This document shows positions 23,559 to 35,950 of a stretch of 55,842 nt of DNA, piece after piece. The translations under genes were made by a program, and so were the position numbers. The stretch's first letter is position 1. Each line of letters starts with the position of its first letter. The stretch covers positions 176,915,370 to 176,971,211 of the forward strand of contig NC_068982.1 in assembly GCF_001194135.2 (NCBI RefSeq), read 5' to 3'. This stretch comes from Octopus bimaculoides (Eukaryota). Under the pieces are notes generated by a model. The model was not told the origin of the DNA. It was given only the letters and a program-made list of their open reading frames with translations, and made no database searches.

Positions 23559-24190
23559 ATCTTTTTATTATAGCCACACAGGGCTAAATACAGAAAATGG
23601 ACAAATTACAAAGTAGAGNNNNNNNNNNNNNNNNNNNNNNNNNNNNNNNNNNNNNNNNNNNNNNNNNNNNNNNNNNNNNNNNNNNNNNNNNNNNNNNNNN
23701 NNNNNNNNNNNNNNNNNNNNNNNNNNNNNNNNNNNNNNNNNNNNNNNNNNNNNNNNNNNNNNNNNNNNNNNNNNNNNNNNNNNNNNNNNNNNNNNNNNNN
23801 NNNNNNNNNNNNNNNNNNNNNNNNNNNNNNNNNNNNNNNNNNNNNNNNNNNNNNNNNNNNNNNNNNNNNNNNNNNNNNNNNNNNNNNNNNNNNNNNNNNN
23901 NNNNNNNNNNNNNNNNNNNNNNNNNNNNNNNNNNNNNNNNNNNNNNNNNNNNNNNNNNNNNNNNNNNNNNNNNNNNNNNNNNNNNNNNNNNNNNNNNNNN
24001 NNNNNNNNNNNNNNNNNNNNNNNNNNNNNNNNNNNNNNNNNNNNNNNNNNNNNNNNNNNNNNNNNNNNNNNNNNNNNNNNNNNNNNNNNNNNNNNNNNNN
24101 NNNNNNNNNNNNNCCTTTCAAACGCGTCCACCACACGCATTCTTTTGCCATAGCTATCAGTGTTACAAAAACCGTTTTTCCTTCCCGCTT
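23559..24190 (-). mobile_element. Tx1/L1-like LINE 3' end (mostly gap), flanked on both sides by (GATA)n
   Basis: [25 protein letters not shown] resembles an L1/Tx1 ORF2 C-terminal region; 3' end ...gccctgtgtggctataataaaaagata followed by (TCTA)n; AATAAA present. Confidence 0.6.
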
Positions 24191-24208
24191 ATAGATAGAT
24201 AGATAGAC

Positions 24209-24267
<59 letters not shown>

Positions 24268-24268
24268 C

Positions 24269-24324
<56 letters not shown>
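24191..24324. repeat. (GATA)n microsatellite
   Basis: Direct inspection. Confidence 0.98.
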
Positions 24325-24326
<2 letters not shown>

Positions 24327-24790
24327 ACTCAATGTATGTGCTTGTTTTGTTCACCAATTCACCGGGGTCTAGTACTTCAGAGACGCCTCCTTCATAGCAC
24401 GGGATGTTAAAACACCTGAAACTCATAGACAAGCGTTATAAGGCAGCGAGCATGTGAACAAACAAAGCACATATACTGAGTATTTGCGGTTGAGAATGTT
24501 TACAACATTGTTGCTGCTTTTAAGTTCTTACACTATTTATATATAGTTATAGACTACCGATTAGTTTCATGTATGAGGTGTTCATAAGCCACAAAAATAG
24601 CAAAATATCGGTATCTATCACAACTAAATTTTACTGGAGGCGAACTGTCTCGCTTGTCTTCTACTTTCAGAAAGTCCACCGCCAAGCGAACTGGCGAAAG
24701 AAACTATACACTTTCACTCGCACATGTAGATATAGAAGATATAAATTATGCAGCGTTTATGCATACGTGCTGAGGTGTGTGTGTGTGTAT

Positions 24791-24833
<43 letters not shown>

Positions 24834-25150
24834 TGCGTGCATGTGTGCGTGTATTTTATGTATAAGAAAAACGGAGAAACTGACATATAGACATCAATAT
24901 ATTAGAACATAATACAATTCTGAGGAATATCAAACTCAATTTTACCTACAATTGTTTCCATGCCCAATTGAATCAATTTGAGAAATTAAATTAGATTAAA
25001 TTTCCATATCCTTTATTGCGTATTTCATCAGAGGAAGAATTTGTTAGAAAGGAGCTACATTTCAATGTGCTGTTTAACTCTTAATAGACTCAGGTATGTG
25101 AGTTTCAGTAACCAATTTATTTACAAAACCGTTACTGATATATATGTGTG

Positions 25151-25208
<58 letters not shown>

Positions 25209-26402
25209 AATGCAAGCTTGTTTAATGAATTTGTGCGTGTGTTATGTGTTGAAAAAACAAAATATTCGTTAGCTTAAACGATACGATTACTTTAAACTAG
25301 AAGCTAAAAAAACATTATTGCTTAATTACACTATTAATTATGATAGATCAAAATGCCATTAAAGTATCTAATCACTTAAGAAGTTTAATTATAAGTCACC
25401 CAACCGCAGTGTAGGAGTTATATTTGCATAATAAATTATTATTTTTATAATTTGTTTATTTTAAAAACCATAGTTATATATATGTAATATTTTCATAACG
25501 TTTTTGTGCGTGTGTGTTTATGCGTCGAGAGCTACTGGACGATGGCGAATCAAAACTGCTTACTTATTACCATAGCTGAATATTAGGTCGTCAATATCTG
25601 GGCGCAATATATTTGTTTACATAATAGTGTGAACAGATATACACGAGCTTAATTGAGAAAACCCCCAAATTTAACAAGTCAAGATTTCTGAGATTAATAA
25701 AAAATTAAAGCTATTATTGAATTAATACGTATTATCTTTAACTTAAGATTACCAATTATATTTTTTAAATATATTAGCTACAGATTCCTAAGATACGTAC
25801 TAAAATTTAAATATTTTTAACCTTTATATAATACAGCTACCTGTAAACAAAACCTTATGTTCGTATGTACCATATATTTTATATTTTAATATTAATATAG
25901 CTACTAAGAATTGCCTAATCTTTATAGTTATAAGTGTTAGTGTATTAATCCTGCGATGCCGCCCAAATTTATAGTACTGGTAACCTTTATATTGTATTAA
26001 ATGGTAGTTTTTGAAAACATATTTATAAGCGATATGCAACCGTTCCTCATATTTATAGAGATTTCCCACCGTCCCTCCCTGAATTAAGGAATCTATGTTT
26101 GGATTTTAAGATTTGGTATAATTCTTCTATACAAAGAAAACAAAACGCATTGCCAATTTCATAGGCACTAGTTCTGATTCTTAATTAATAAAGGTTGCCG
26201 TTAAAAGAGGAAGAGTTACAAAGCATGTCATAACTACCTGATTGTAAATCAAAAAAAACTCTATCATTCTCTGTGACTGAAAATACATTCACAAAATTTT
26301 ATGGGATATCATTGAATGGATTTTACTTCTCATGCGAAGAATTAGAAGTACAATCAAGCTTCATAGAAAGCAAAATATTGTAGAGTATATTTATGTAATT
26401 CA

Positions 26403-26439
26403 AGTATAACGCTTCGGATATATTCCTTCGTCAGGCACT
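26403..26439 (-). ncRNA. Degenerate minimal hammerhead-like motif at a Penelope-type repeat end
   Basis: Minus strand: AGUG c [CUGACGA] A GGA-AUAUA-UCC [GAAG] CG UUA UACU. Core CUGACGA intact, GAAA changed to GAAG, stem I imperfect. Confidence 0.45.
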
Positions 26440-26921
26440 AGGAGAGACGAAGAACTGAACAAAAGAACATAGGAAAAGAAATAAGAAATGGGAGAAGAGA
26501 GTCAGAAAATATCGCACATGAGCGGTAAGAATATATATATATATATATATATATANNNNNNNNNNNNNNNNNNNNNNNNNNNNNNNNNNNNNNNNNNNNN
26601 NNNNNNNNNNNNNNNNNNNNNNNNNNNNNNNNNNNNNNNNNNNNNNNNNNNNNNNNNNNNNNNNNNNNNNNNNNNNNNNNNNNNNNNNNNNNNNNNNNNN
26701 NNNNNNNNNNNNNNNNNNNNNNNNNNNNNNNNNNNNNNNNNNNNNNNNNNNNNNNNNNNNNNNNNNNNNNNNNNNNNNNNNNNNNNNNNNNNNNNNNNNN
26801 NNNNNNNNNNNNNNNNNNNNNNNNNNNNNNNNNNNNNNNNNNNNNNNNNNNNNNNNNNNNNNNNNNNNNNNNNNNNNNNNNNNNNNNNNNNNNNNNNNNN
26901 NNNNNNNNNNNNNNNNNNNNN

Positions 26922-26953
<32 letters not shown>

Positions 26954-27000
26954 TATGTATGTATGTATCTCTGTATATTACTATAGTTATATACAAATGC

Positions 27001-27040
<40 letters not shown>

Positions 27041-27509
27041 TTGTGACTAGTTATCCAATGAGATAGAAAAAACATACGGCTAAGGACCAAGGATACAACT
27101 AATAAGCATAAAACCTACAGGAGGAAAACTTGGGGTGGAAAAAGAGTATGTAATTAAAATAACATCTAACAACCAAGAAGTGAGTGCAATGAAAATAAAT
27201 ACGCGAAATGAAGTGGAAAATGAACCAACATTTCGGGTTCTATATTTTACTAAAAGAAAAAATAATTTTAGCAAAGAAAATAAATTGGTTGATATCATAT
27301 TTACGGTGAACCTAAAGCATCACACACCCACCACTACTACACACCACATTCACACACGCACACGCACACGCTCACACATAAACACACACACATACGCGCA
27401 CAAACACATATACCACAATCACACATGCACACATACATACATAAATACTACATACATACATACATAAATACTACATACATACATACATACATACATACAT
27501 ACATACATA

Positions 27510-28010
27510 CAAAGCCTCTGACACTGTTCCCCTCATGGATGCTAGAAGCTCTTTAACTTGCTAAAATTCCAGTGAGGATTGTTAAAGCCATAGCTGACCT
27601 AACTTCATCGTGGGCCACCATCTTGAAATTAAACACAAAGAGTGAGTGTATTATCACCGATAGAATACAGTATCGCAAAGGGGTATCCCAAAGGCGTATC
27701 CCAAGGCGACAGCCTCTCTGTGATGTTGTTAATACTTTCTGTAAACCCCTTATCATTCATGTTAAGGAGGTCTGAAGGATATCTCACTGGTTCACAAGGA
27801 AACAAAAATACCAAAATTACACACTGTTTCTTTGTGGATGAAAAAGAGCCTTGATCTAGTTACTACATTCTCAAAGGATGTAGGATTGGAGATTGGTCAG
27901 AATAAATATTGTTCTATGGCTGTGACATGGGTGAAAACGATAAACCAGACTAGTAACATCTCCATTAATGATTTGACTGTCTCCCCTGTATCTGACGAGG
28001 GTAACAGAAT
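27510..28010 (+). mobile_element. Second Dong/R4-like RT fragment (different subfamily)
   Basis: KA(F)DTVP..WMLEAL..AKIPVRIVKAI, KGVSQGDSLSVMLLILSVNPLSFML, KITHCFFVD, LDLVTTFSKDVGLEIGQNK: RT QGD and FVD(D) motifs; frameshifted. Confidence 0.8.
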
Positions 28011-28563
28011 AGACCTATTCTATACTATATATTGAGAAAGACGGTCATTTACAATGTATATATATGTATATATATGTTTGTGTGCGCGCGTGTGTGTGCG
28101 TGTGTGTGTGTGTGTAAGGTTAGTTGTGTTAGAGGTTAAAATAACCGTCTAAGGAACAAAGTATCCAAAATGCTACAGGTATATTACATGGGCCATAATA
28201 TTATGGGTATAAATTATAGGTAAAGACAAGGATAAACAGGAGATTATCAGGAATCAAAATTTAAGAAAGCAGAAAATGGAGACAACTTTGATGAACAAGA
28301 ATTGATTTGCATCAATTATTATTTTTAATGGAGTCTTTTCGTAAATTATTAATAAATAACAATTCATGCAAATCAATTGNNNNNNNNNNNNNNNNNNNNN
28401 NNNNNNNNNNNNNNNNNNNNNNNNNNNNNNNNNNNNNNNNNNNNNNNNNNNNNNNNNNNNNNNNNNNNNNNNNNNNNNNNNNNNNNNNNNNNNNNNNNNN
28501 NNNNNNNNNNNNNNNNNNNNNNNNNNNNNNNNNNNNNNNNNNNNNNNNNNNNNNNNNNNNNNN

Positions 28564-28600
<37 letters not shown>

Positions 28601-29399
28601 ACACACACAACTGGAGTAATATATCATGATATTAATATATTCTCCAATTTAAAGTGACATTTATATATAAACAAATTAACTGAAAAATGATGAGCTAACC
28701 CTAGCCAGAATCGTAACATTCAAAGCCTTCTGGTTTGTTTATAAATGTTATATATAAATATATATATATATGACGCGACTCTAGCTATCTTTGTATCTTT
28801 CTCCCTCTCTCGTTCTTCCTTCTGTTGTTCTTCACCTCTTCCCTTCACTACTATATCTCTCTCGCTTCCCCCTGTCTCTCGTTGCTCACCTATATTCAAC
28901 TTCCTCCCCTTTTTTTCTCTCTCTACCACTCTTTCTCCTTACCCCTCGCTGGTCACATGTGACCGGCTACTGCTCTCTTTCTTCTCTTGGCCACTGCCAA
29001 GCTAGCACGAACTTTCTTCTTCTCTCTCCCTTTCAGTTCGTCACATCACAGCCCTTCCTGTTTATTTTCACTGTTTCGTTTTTCTGTCTTGTTTTCTGTC
29101 TTGTTTCATGTAATTCCTCCGCATTACATATTTCATTTAATTTGTTTCCCCGGGAAGAGCCATTCTAACAATGCGTCCTGCTCTAACACTTCGAAACGCT
29201 TAATTTAATATGGTGGCAGCTGATGACGGAAATGTTCTCTATGTGGCCTGTGTATTTTCTGCGCTCTGTTTATGTTCTGATTTTCATTTTGTCCACGTCT
29301 TTTGCAACGTCCTGTTCCCAGATATGCATCTATATATACATGTAGATGTAGGTATGAACATACGTGTACGTATATATGCATATACTAACATATTATTTG

Positions 29400-29438
<39 letters not shown>

Positions 29439-30173
29439 TACGGCAACGCAGTGGCTTCCCTATTAGGGCAAAGGTCTGTAACGTTTAAATTCTGTCACAG
29501 TTTTCAAGTTCAGTAGCTTGTATGTTGAAGCGTTCATATTTCTACTTTCGTAACTTCTTACTTTCAAGTATTGTGATATACATTTTATTTTTCGTATTTC
29601 AAAAGTGACTTCAGAATTCTGTAAAGTTGTATTTTCCATTTCTATAAATTCGGAATTTCGTGTTTTCCTATAACAATGTTTTATGGAATTGAGCCTACTA
29701 TTTCACAAAATTCGCGTAAATTCTTTTTATATGCCTGTATATATGTTTTTCACAATAACATTGTTTTCATTATTTTATCTGTCTTTCATCTCTGCACCTA
29801 TGTTCCTACATAAACATGAGAGTGTCCTGTGTTTGCGCACGTATCAACGCACTTGATGCGAATGTGGCTTACTGAGTGTTTGCAGGAACGTATATGTACA
29901 TATGTGTGTCATTCTATGGTGTATATGTGTAAAGATACGTGGGCGTGCAGATTTTTAAACGTGCGCGTATATGCACATGTACATAAGTGGATATGTGAAC
30001 GTACATTAAGTATGTATGTGGGGGCTTTTTTTGTATGTGTGTGTGTGGCTGGGTGCCGTTGTGTGTGTGTATGTTAGTGTGCGATGGGTGAATGCATATA
30101 GATAGTAAAAGTATGCTTATGTATATACTCTGATGTGTGTGTGACTGTGTGCGTGCGTGTGTATGTATGTATG

Positions 30174-30210
<37 letters not shown>

Positions 30211-30211
30211 A

Positions 30212-30265
<54 letters not shown>

Positions 30266-30718
30266 GTGTGTATGCGTATGTATGTATTATCGATGGGTGA
30301 ATGGATGGATGCATGAATGCATGGATGCTTGGATGCATGGATGAATAGATGGAAGGATCCATCAGCATATGTGTGTATAAGTCAATTCTTGATCACAGAT
30401 AACTGATAGAAAGCAAGAACATTTCTTGTACAAGAAGCACAGCCCCATTTCACTTGTGTAATCTAAGTAATTGATAAAACAAAAGACATCCAACCAAAAA
30501 AGCTATAAATCACACATTAAATTCCATTCCCAGATCCCACGTTTCGCAGTCCAAGAGACAGAATCGAATTTTCTCTTACAAGGCCATCTGGTTAAAGATA
30601 TAAGGACAGAAATTGAACGCCTCTATAAATTTTATTTGTCTTTCATTCTGTCTCTTCTCTTCCCATAAGTTATTCTTTTCAACCTACTTATCTGCTTCTA
30701 CACCTACCCCTCTTTCTG

Positions 30719-30815
30719 CATTCTTCTTCTTCTTCTTCTTCTTCTTCTTCTTCTTCTTCTTCTNNNNNNNNNNCTTCTTCTTCTTCTTCTTCTTCTTCTT
30801 CTTCGTCTTCTTCTT
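30719..30815. repeat. (TTC)n microsatellite with small gap
   Basis: Direct inspection. Confidence 0.95.
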
Positions 30816-31242
30816 CGTCTTCTCCCCTTCTTCCACTTCTTCTTTTCCATCTTCTACGGCTGACAACATCGTTTATTTATCCTGTCACTTTATTTTTTAT
30901 TTTGGTTTATTTCTTCTCATTCTCATTGTCTTCCTTACTTTTTGTGCCCTTCGTTTTCCACTCATATTAATCTTCTTTTATTTATTAACTATCTACACTT
31001 TCAGTTACTTCTCGCCCACATGTTGTCACATGACAAAACATGTAATAAATAAACCACATCAAGGTTGTTTTCTGTACCACATGTTCGGAGAGGGAATTGA
31101 TATGGATGTGTACATAAAAACATATCAATCCATAATTTTATTCGAGTCGGATGAGTTAAGAGTATCAATTCAAATCATCTGTTTCAGATAGGGAATTGTA
31201 TACTATTCTACCCAACCTTTTTTAATGAAATTCCCTTAATTA

Positions 31243-31320
31243 CTGATATGTCCCAGTGACGATATTGTCCGAATCCTCGTCACTTCTGATATGTCCCATG
31301 ATGACGACGTATTTCGTCGT
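31243..31320. other. CpG-rich module of direct repeats alternating with hairpins
   Basis: ctgatatgtccca at 31243-31255 and 31286-31298; each is followed by a 7-bp stem (gtgacga/tcgtcac; gacgacg/cgtcgtc). Confidence 0.75.
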
Positions 31321-31829
31321 CTCTACGGGACTGTTCCGAATGGCGTAACTTCGCTGACCGAATTTCTTTATTAGACATACAGACCCGAACACAGAGGGGA
31401 CGGCACGAGGACAGACAATGACAACACAACGTAGGGACATAAAACAGCAAGGGGGTGGGTGAGATGAATATGATAATGAGGATGAACATCTTACCTGCGT
31501 GTTACTGTTCGTTTCTTCAAAATTTTCAGTTCTTTATCTTTTTAGATCTTTTTATCCTTTGGCCATACAATGTACGACTCTATTTCGGTGATATTTACAA
31601 CCAGGGAGGGGAGTCATATTTCACCTCTTCTAACCCCAGTGAAAGTATGTCTGTTTTAAAAGTGTCTTTTAAAGCATTGTACTGCAGTAAGTCTATTAGC
31701 ATGCTGTCCGTTTGTGTGCTGCTATGTGGTCTTATTCTAATGATATTTAAAAATGTTGTTTACCTATTATCTATTTCTGTATCTTTTCGTATGTTACAAT
31801 GTGATTTGGCCGTGTAGTGTGTCTGCTTG

Positions 31830-32290
31830 TGTGTCTCTTTGAGTGTGTGTGTCCCTATTAGAAGTAGTGGGTTTGTTTGCAATTGTGTTTTTGTTATCTG
31901 AGGTGTGTGCATTAGTATGGTGGCTGAGTTGTCTGTTAGTTTATCTCTGTGTGTTCTATATTTTCATTCTCTTTGCTTTTTGACTTTTTGGGAGGTGAAT
32001 TCCTCAGTTCCTTTCTCTTCTTACTTGGTAAATCCTGGAACGCTTCATCTGTAGTTATGTTATTTTTACTGTCGTCTTCCTCCTTCTGGTCATCTCCTTT
32101 GGGCTGTTGCTCTTTTATTTGGGAATAATTTAATTTTATGTGACACCTTGTGTTACATTGGTAGCGGATGGGAGGTCTTCCCTCTACCACCTCTCAAAAC
32201 ATATTATCTTTTAGGAGTTGAGTTTCCTCGCATATTCCATCAAAGTCCTCTTGGCTGGTTTGGAAGGTCACCTCCGATCCGTAGCCTCTT
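31830..32290 (-). mobile_element. Tx1/L1-like ORF1 remnant with degenerate CCHC zinc knuckle
   Basis: EVTFQTSQEDFDGICEETQLLKDNMF*EVVEGRPPIRYQCNTRCHIKLNY resembles V.GRPP.C..C...GH....C of L1/Tx1 ORF1, followed by a K/E-rich disordered tail. Confidence 0.55.
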
Positions 32291-32322
32291 CAGTTCATTA
32301 CTGCCGCTACATTCTGAGTTCA

Positions 32323-32654
32323 AATCCGGCTTTGTGCAGCTCCCGGCGAACAGTTATTGGGGAAACTGGGTTCTCGAGGTGGTCATTAAGTTCTGCATCA
32401 ATTTTGAGAGCTGTACTTTTGTGATCCTTTTTAACAATTCGCATAAGATTCTGACGGTCCCTATCTGGAGGTTTTGGTTTTCTTCCGGAGTTTTGTTTCG
32501 ACGAGGAGGTTTTTCCCTCTTTCTCAATGGCTGTCATTACTTTCAAAACAGTAATTCTTCATACACTAAACATTTCGGATATTTTCGTTACGCTAGCGCC
32601 TGCCATATGAGCACCAACGATTTGACCTCCTTGAATGTCAGATAGATATGTCAT
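32323..32654 (-). mobile_element. Tc1-family transposase N-terminal (paired-like HTH) fragment
   Basis: MTYLSDIQGGQIVGAHMAGASVTKISEMFSV*RITVLKVMTAIEKEGKTSSSKQNSGRKPK..DRDRQNLMRIVKKDHK...VSPITVRRELHKAGF. Confidence 0.88.
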
Positions 32655-32724
32655 TTTAATGAATTTTAATTATCTTTTTCTGATGATATCTGAAAAGAAA
32701 TAGCAATTTTTGCAGAACATAGTA

Positions 32725-33005
32725 AGCATTTTTGCTGAACCACTGTTACAGGGACGTAAATACACCAACACCGGTTGTCAAGCGGTGATAGGGGGACCAA
32801 GACAGACACAAAGACACTCACAGGGTGTATAGAATATATATGTGTGTAAGTGTGAATGTGTGTGTATGTGTGTGTGTGTGTGTGTGCGCGCGAGTGCGTG
32901 TGTGTGCGTGTGTATATGTGTGAGCGTGCGTGTGTGCGTGTGTATATACACGACGTCTTCTTTGAGTTTTCGTCTGCCAAATCCACTCACAAGGCTTTTG
33001 TTGGA
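32725..33005 (-). mobile_element. SINE family A, partial, with expanded internal (GT/CA) microsatellite
   Basis: gtctgccaaatccactcacaaggctt and gggacgtaaatacaccaacaccggttgtcaagcggtg...ggggaccaa match 42071-42448. Confidence 0.8.
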
Positions 33006-33361
33006 TAGCATCACTAAGAAATGCCTTTTGATGAATGAATTTTTGATGTATATTCTAAACAAATGGTGTACGAATTTGGCGATGCAGACGAAAATTAGAA
33101 GCTCTAAATCCCGGAGCGATTTTTACTCTATCTTGCGCTGTTCTGCGATCACTTAAACATCCGACGTGTCGCGCACTGTGCACCTTTGTAAATAGGTTTG
33201 ATGAAGGTACTGAGCTACTGTAGAACACAAATATTTCATCACTATAAAGAAAACATCTCTACAGTTCGTTCAGGAAGAATCTGTAGAAATCTCATCTGTT
33301 GTTTACGGAAGCAGAGTCCACAACATACATACATCTATCCATTTTTGTCTTATTTTTCTGG

Positions 33362-33532
33362 GTAAGTTTTGAACATGCATTTGACTACGTTGCGAGCCTT
33401 GATTAAAACGTTAATTGGTTTTTTTCAATGCGGTCAATTTATTATCATTATCTTTTGAGTATATACCCATCAATTTAACATATACACTTGCATAATTGAA
33501 TATTTCTAATATCTCTCGTCTTCTCTTTGCAG
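33362..33532 (+). other. Candidate 171-nt spliceosomal intron between apparently non-coding exons
   Basis: Donor TGG|GTAAGT, branch-point-like TTCTAAT at 33504-33510, polypyrimidine ctctcgtcttctctttg, acceptor CAG|G at 33532. Confidence 0.55.
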
Positions 33533-34103
33533 GTTGAAATACTGTGATATTCTGAAAAATCACCACTGGTGAAGGAATATATTGGAATGTATTTTGTTAT
33601 TTATGTCGAAACTTCACTATACTCATGCGAAGGACGAATAACTCTGATACATTAAGACAAACTGTACTTGTATATTTTCAAATTACACTTGAATGTCAGA
33701 GAAAGTCGTGTCCTCTCATCAAGTATTGAACTTCGGTGTTGAAAATATCTAATAATGTATGAAATGGAATATTTACCATTGAAAACGTCTGGTTCCAATA
33801 AGAAAAATAAAACATCTCACATACCCAAACTTTGATTCATCAACTTTGCTAGTATCTCCTTCAGATAAAATAACTCTGCTAATTCGGATAGCGCTACTTC
33901 TCTTTATAGAGGACGTGATTTTGTTAGATTATATTCCTGTACATAATCGTGATACATACGGCTAGTGCAATTCCTTCTGCTGTTATTACAATTCCTGCTC
34001 CTAATATGATTAGCTTTTGTTTGACAGCAACATTCGCAATACAAAACAAAAGCGAACTGCCACTTCTAAACTGTTACTACCACTGCCGGTGCTACAGCTG
34101 CTG

Positions 34104-34104
34104 T

Positions 34105-34166
<62 letters not shown>
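34104..34166. repeat. (ACT)n microsatellite
   Basis: Direct inspection. Confidence 0.97.
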
Positions 34167-34167
<1 letters not shown>

Positions 34168-34423
34168 CAGAAAAAAACTGCCGTCAGCATTTGAGTTTCG
34201 TGAGAAAAACGTGTACTTTCAGAACTGATATCGTTAATGATTGATTCGTTTCTGTGTATTTACCCTTCTCTTACAGCATAACGAAAACGTCTTAAAACAG
34301 GTAGCATATTTGGATAAAATTTGTAATGAGTTTCTTTCTTGATAAATTTCTCGAACCATTTTATCCTCTCTGTGTTTTTAATATAAATTTACTTGCGTGA
34401 ATCTTAACATTTTCAGTATATGC

Positions 34424-34467
<44 letters not shown>

Positions 34468-34589
34468 ATTCATATATGGGTGTATGTGTGTGTATGTATG
34501 TATGTATGTATGCGTGTATGCATATATATATGAAGGTATGTATGTATATATGAATGTACGTATGTATATATATATATATATATATATAT

Positions 34590-35290
34590 CAGTTGTGAGT
34601 GTACTGTTGTCTTTAATTACCATCATGTCAAGAAATGATAATTGTATGTTGCTCATTTCTCTTGTGTGTATAATCTTGAGGAGGGAGCTGAATTCTTCCA
34701 GATTTTCTAGGGATTTGTTCCAAATTAGGAAAAAAAAACATCGAGGTACCTTTTCCGCGTGTCCTATATATGTCTTTTAAAGGTCAGGCCATAGTTCTCT
34801 TAATTTTTTTATATAGGTTTTGTTCCAAGTATCCCAAAACTGAGTTTGCGAAAACTGGAACAAATCGCGTCCCTATAACTGTGCCTCGAATTCGGAGGTT
34901 GTTTTTTTCCCGTTGAAAAGGAATGTATTGTCTTCAAGGTTGAGGCTGACAACACCTTGTATCAAGGTTACAGTAAATCTACTAGGGATCGCTTCCCTAT
35001 GTTTCTCGACCCAATATTTATGTCCCAAATCATGTGAAATGTTTGTATATAAGTTTGTTACATCAATACTAACTAAAAGTGAATGGGATTCTGTAGTTCT
35101 GGGAAGATGTGACAGGAAATCAATGTCACCTCGAAAGAAATTGTGACTACATAGTGATTTTAGGATAATGTCAAGGAGGTTGCTCAGATGATGTGTAGGA
35201 CAGGCTCGACCAGCTATAATGAGTCTTATTTCAAGGTCTTTCGGTTGTAGTAGTCTTATGTATTTACAACCTTGTTTCATTATAGCGTTC
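34590..35290 (-). mobile_element. Penelope-like element RT fragment
   Basis: IRLIIAGRACPTHHLSNLLDIILK, SIDVTNLYTNI, NTFLFNG, GTVMGTRFVPVFAN, KRYLD(D), [34 protein letters not shown]: Penelope RT motifs, frameshifted. Confidence 0.88.
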
Positions 35291-35817
35291 TATATTTCTT
35301 TTCACGTATTTTGGGTAAGTTGCTGGATTTCGACTCAAAATTGGTAATATAGTCCCTTTCATTAGAAATGAGAGAGTTATAATGCTCTGGTGAGCTCTAT
35401 TGGTAACTTGTAACGCGTAAATATTTGGTTGCATATTTGGTTAGTCTTCGATTTCACTGGTAACTGCACAAAGTAAGACAGCAGGTGATGGACATTTCTC
35501 TCGCTGCAAAATGAATAACAGCACCTGTCAAAGCGTGAATGAATCTGGGTATTAAGGGCCACTAAATAGTAAAGAAATGATTGATACCCATCCTAAATAA
35601 AGAACTGCAAGTAATAAGTAGTAATGTTATACAGCAGTAAGGGAGAAGTATCACGAATTATGAAATCTACGTTGACACCTACCACTTATCACAAACCAAA
35701 TGCTGACTGGATTTTCACCAGGAACAACATTATTCTGTAGTTAAGTACCTAATAGCAACGATATTCAAAAATCAAAGACGAGAGTCTTTACTTGCTGTAT
35801 TTCATATCATTAATACG

Positions 35818-35950
35818 GGAAGCTGGCAGAATCGTCAGAACGCCGGTCAAAATGCTTAGCGGGATTTCAAGGTATATTGATTTCCATATAACCGATTTAC
35901 CCCTTCCCCTAGAATTGCTGGTCTCGTACCAAAATTCGAAACCAATATTT
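35818..35950 (+). mobile_element. SINE family B with internal deletion
   Basis: agctggcagaatcgtcagaacgccggtcaaaatgcttagcgggatttc head joined to tail ccccttcccctagaattgctggtctcgtaccaaaattcgaaaccaatatt. Confidence 0.7.

Noticed and set aside
16870-28010. One Dong/R4 element split by a 9-kb insertion
   Set aside because: The fragments overlap around the KAFD motif and differ strongly there, so they are separate insertions
29216-29245. CTGATGA followed by GAAA as a hammerhead
   Set aside because: No stem II and no stem I complementarity
30613-31191. 192-aa ORF and many similar poly-F, YI, CV, HT, LLL ORFs
   Set aside because: Translations of microsatellites and AT-rich low-complexity DNA
31240-31440. 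66-aa minus ORF MSLRCVVIVCPRAVP...
   Set aside because: No homology recognised; lies just inside a donor site; DNA-level repeat structure explains the region better
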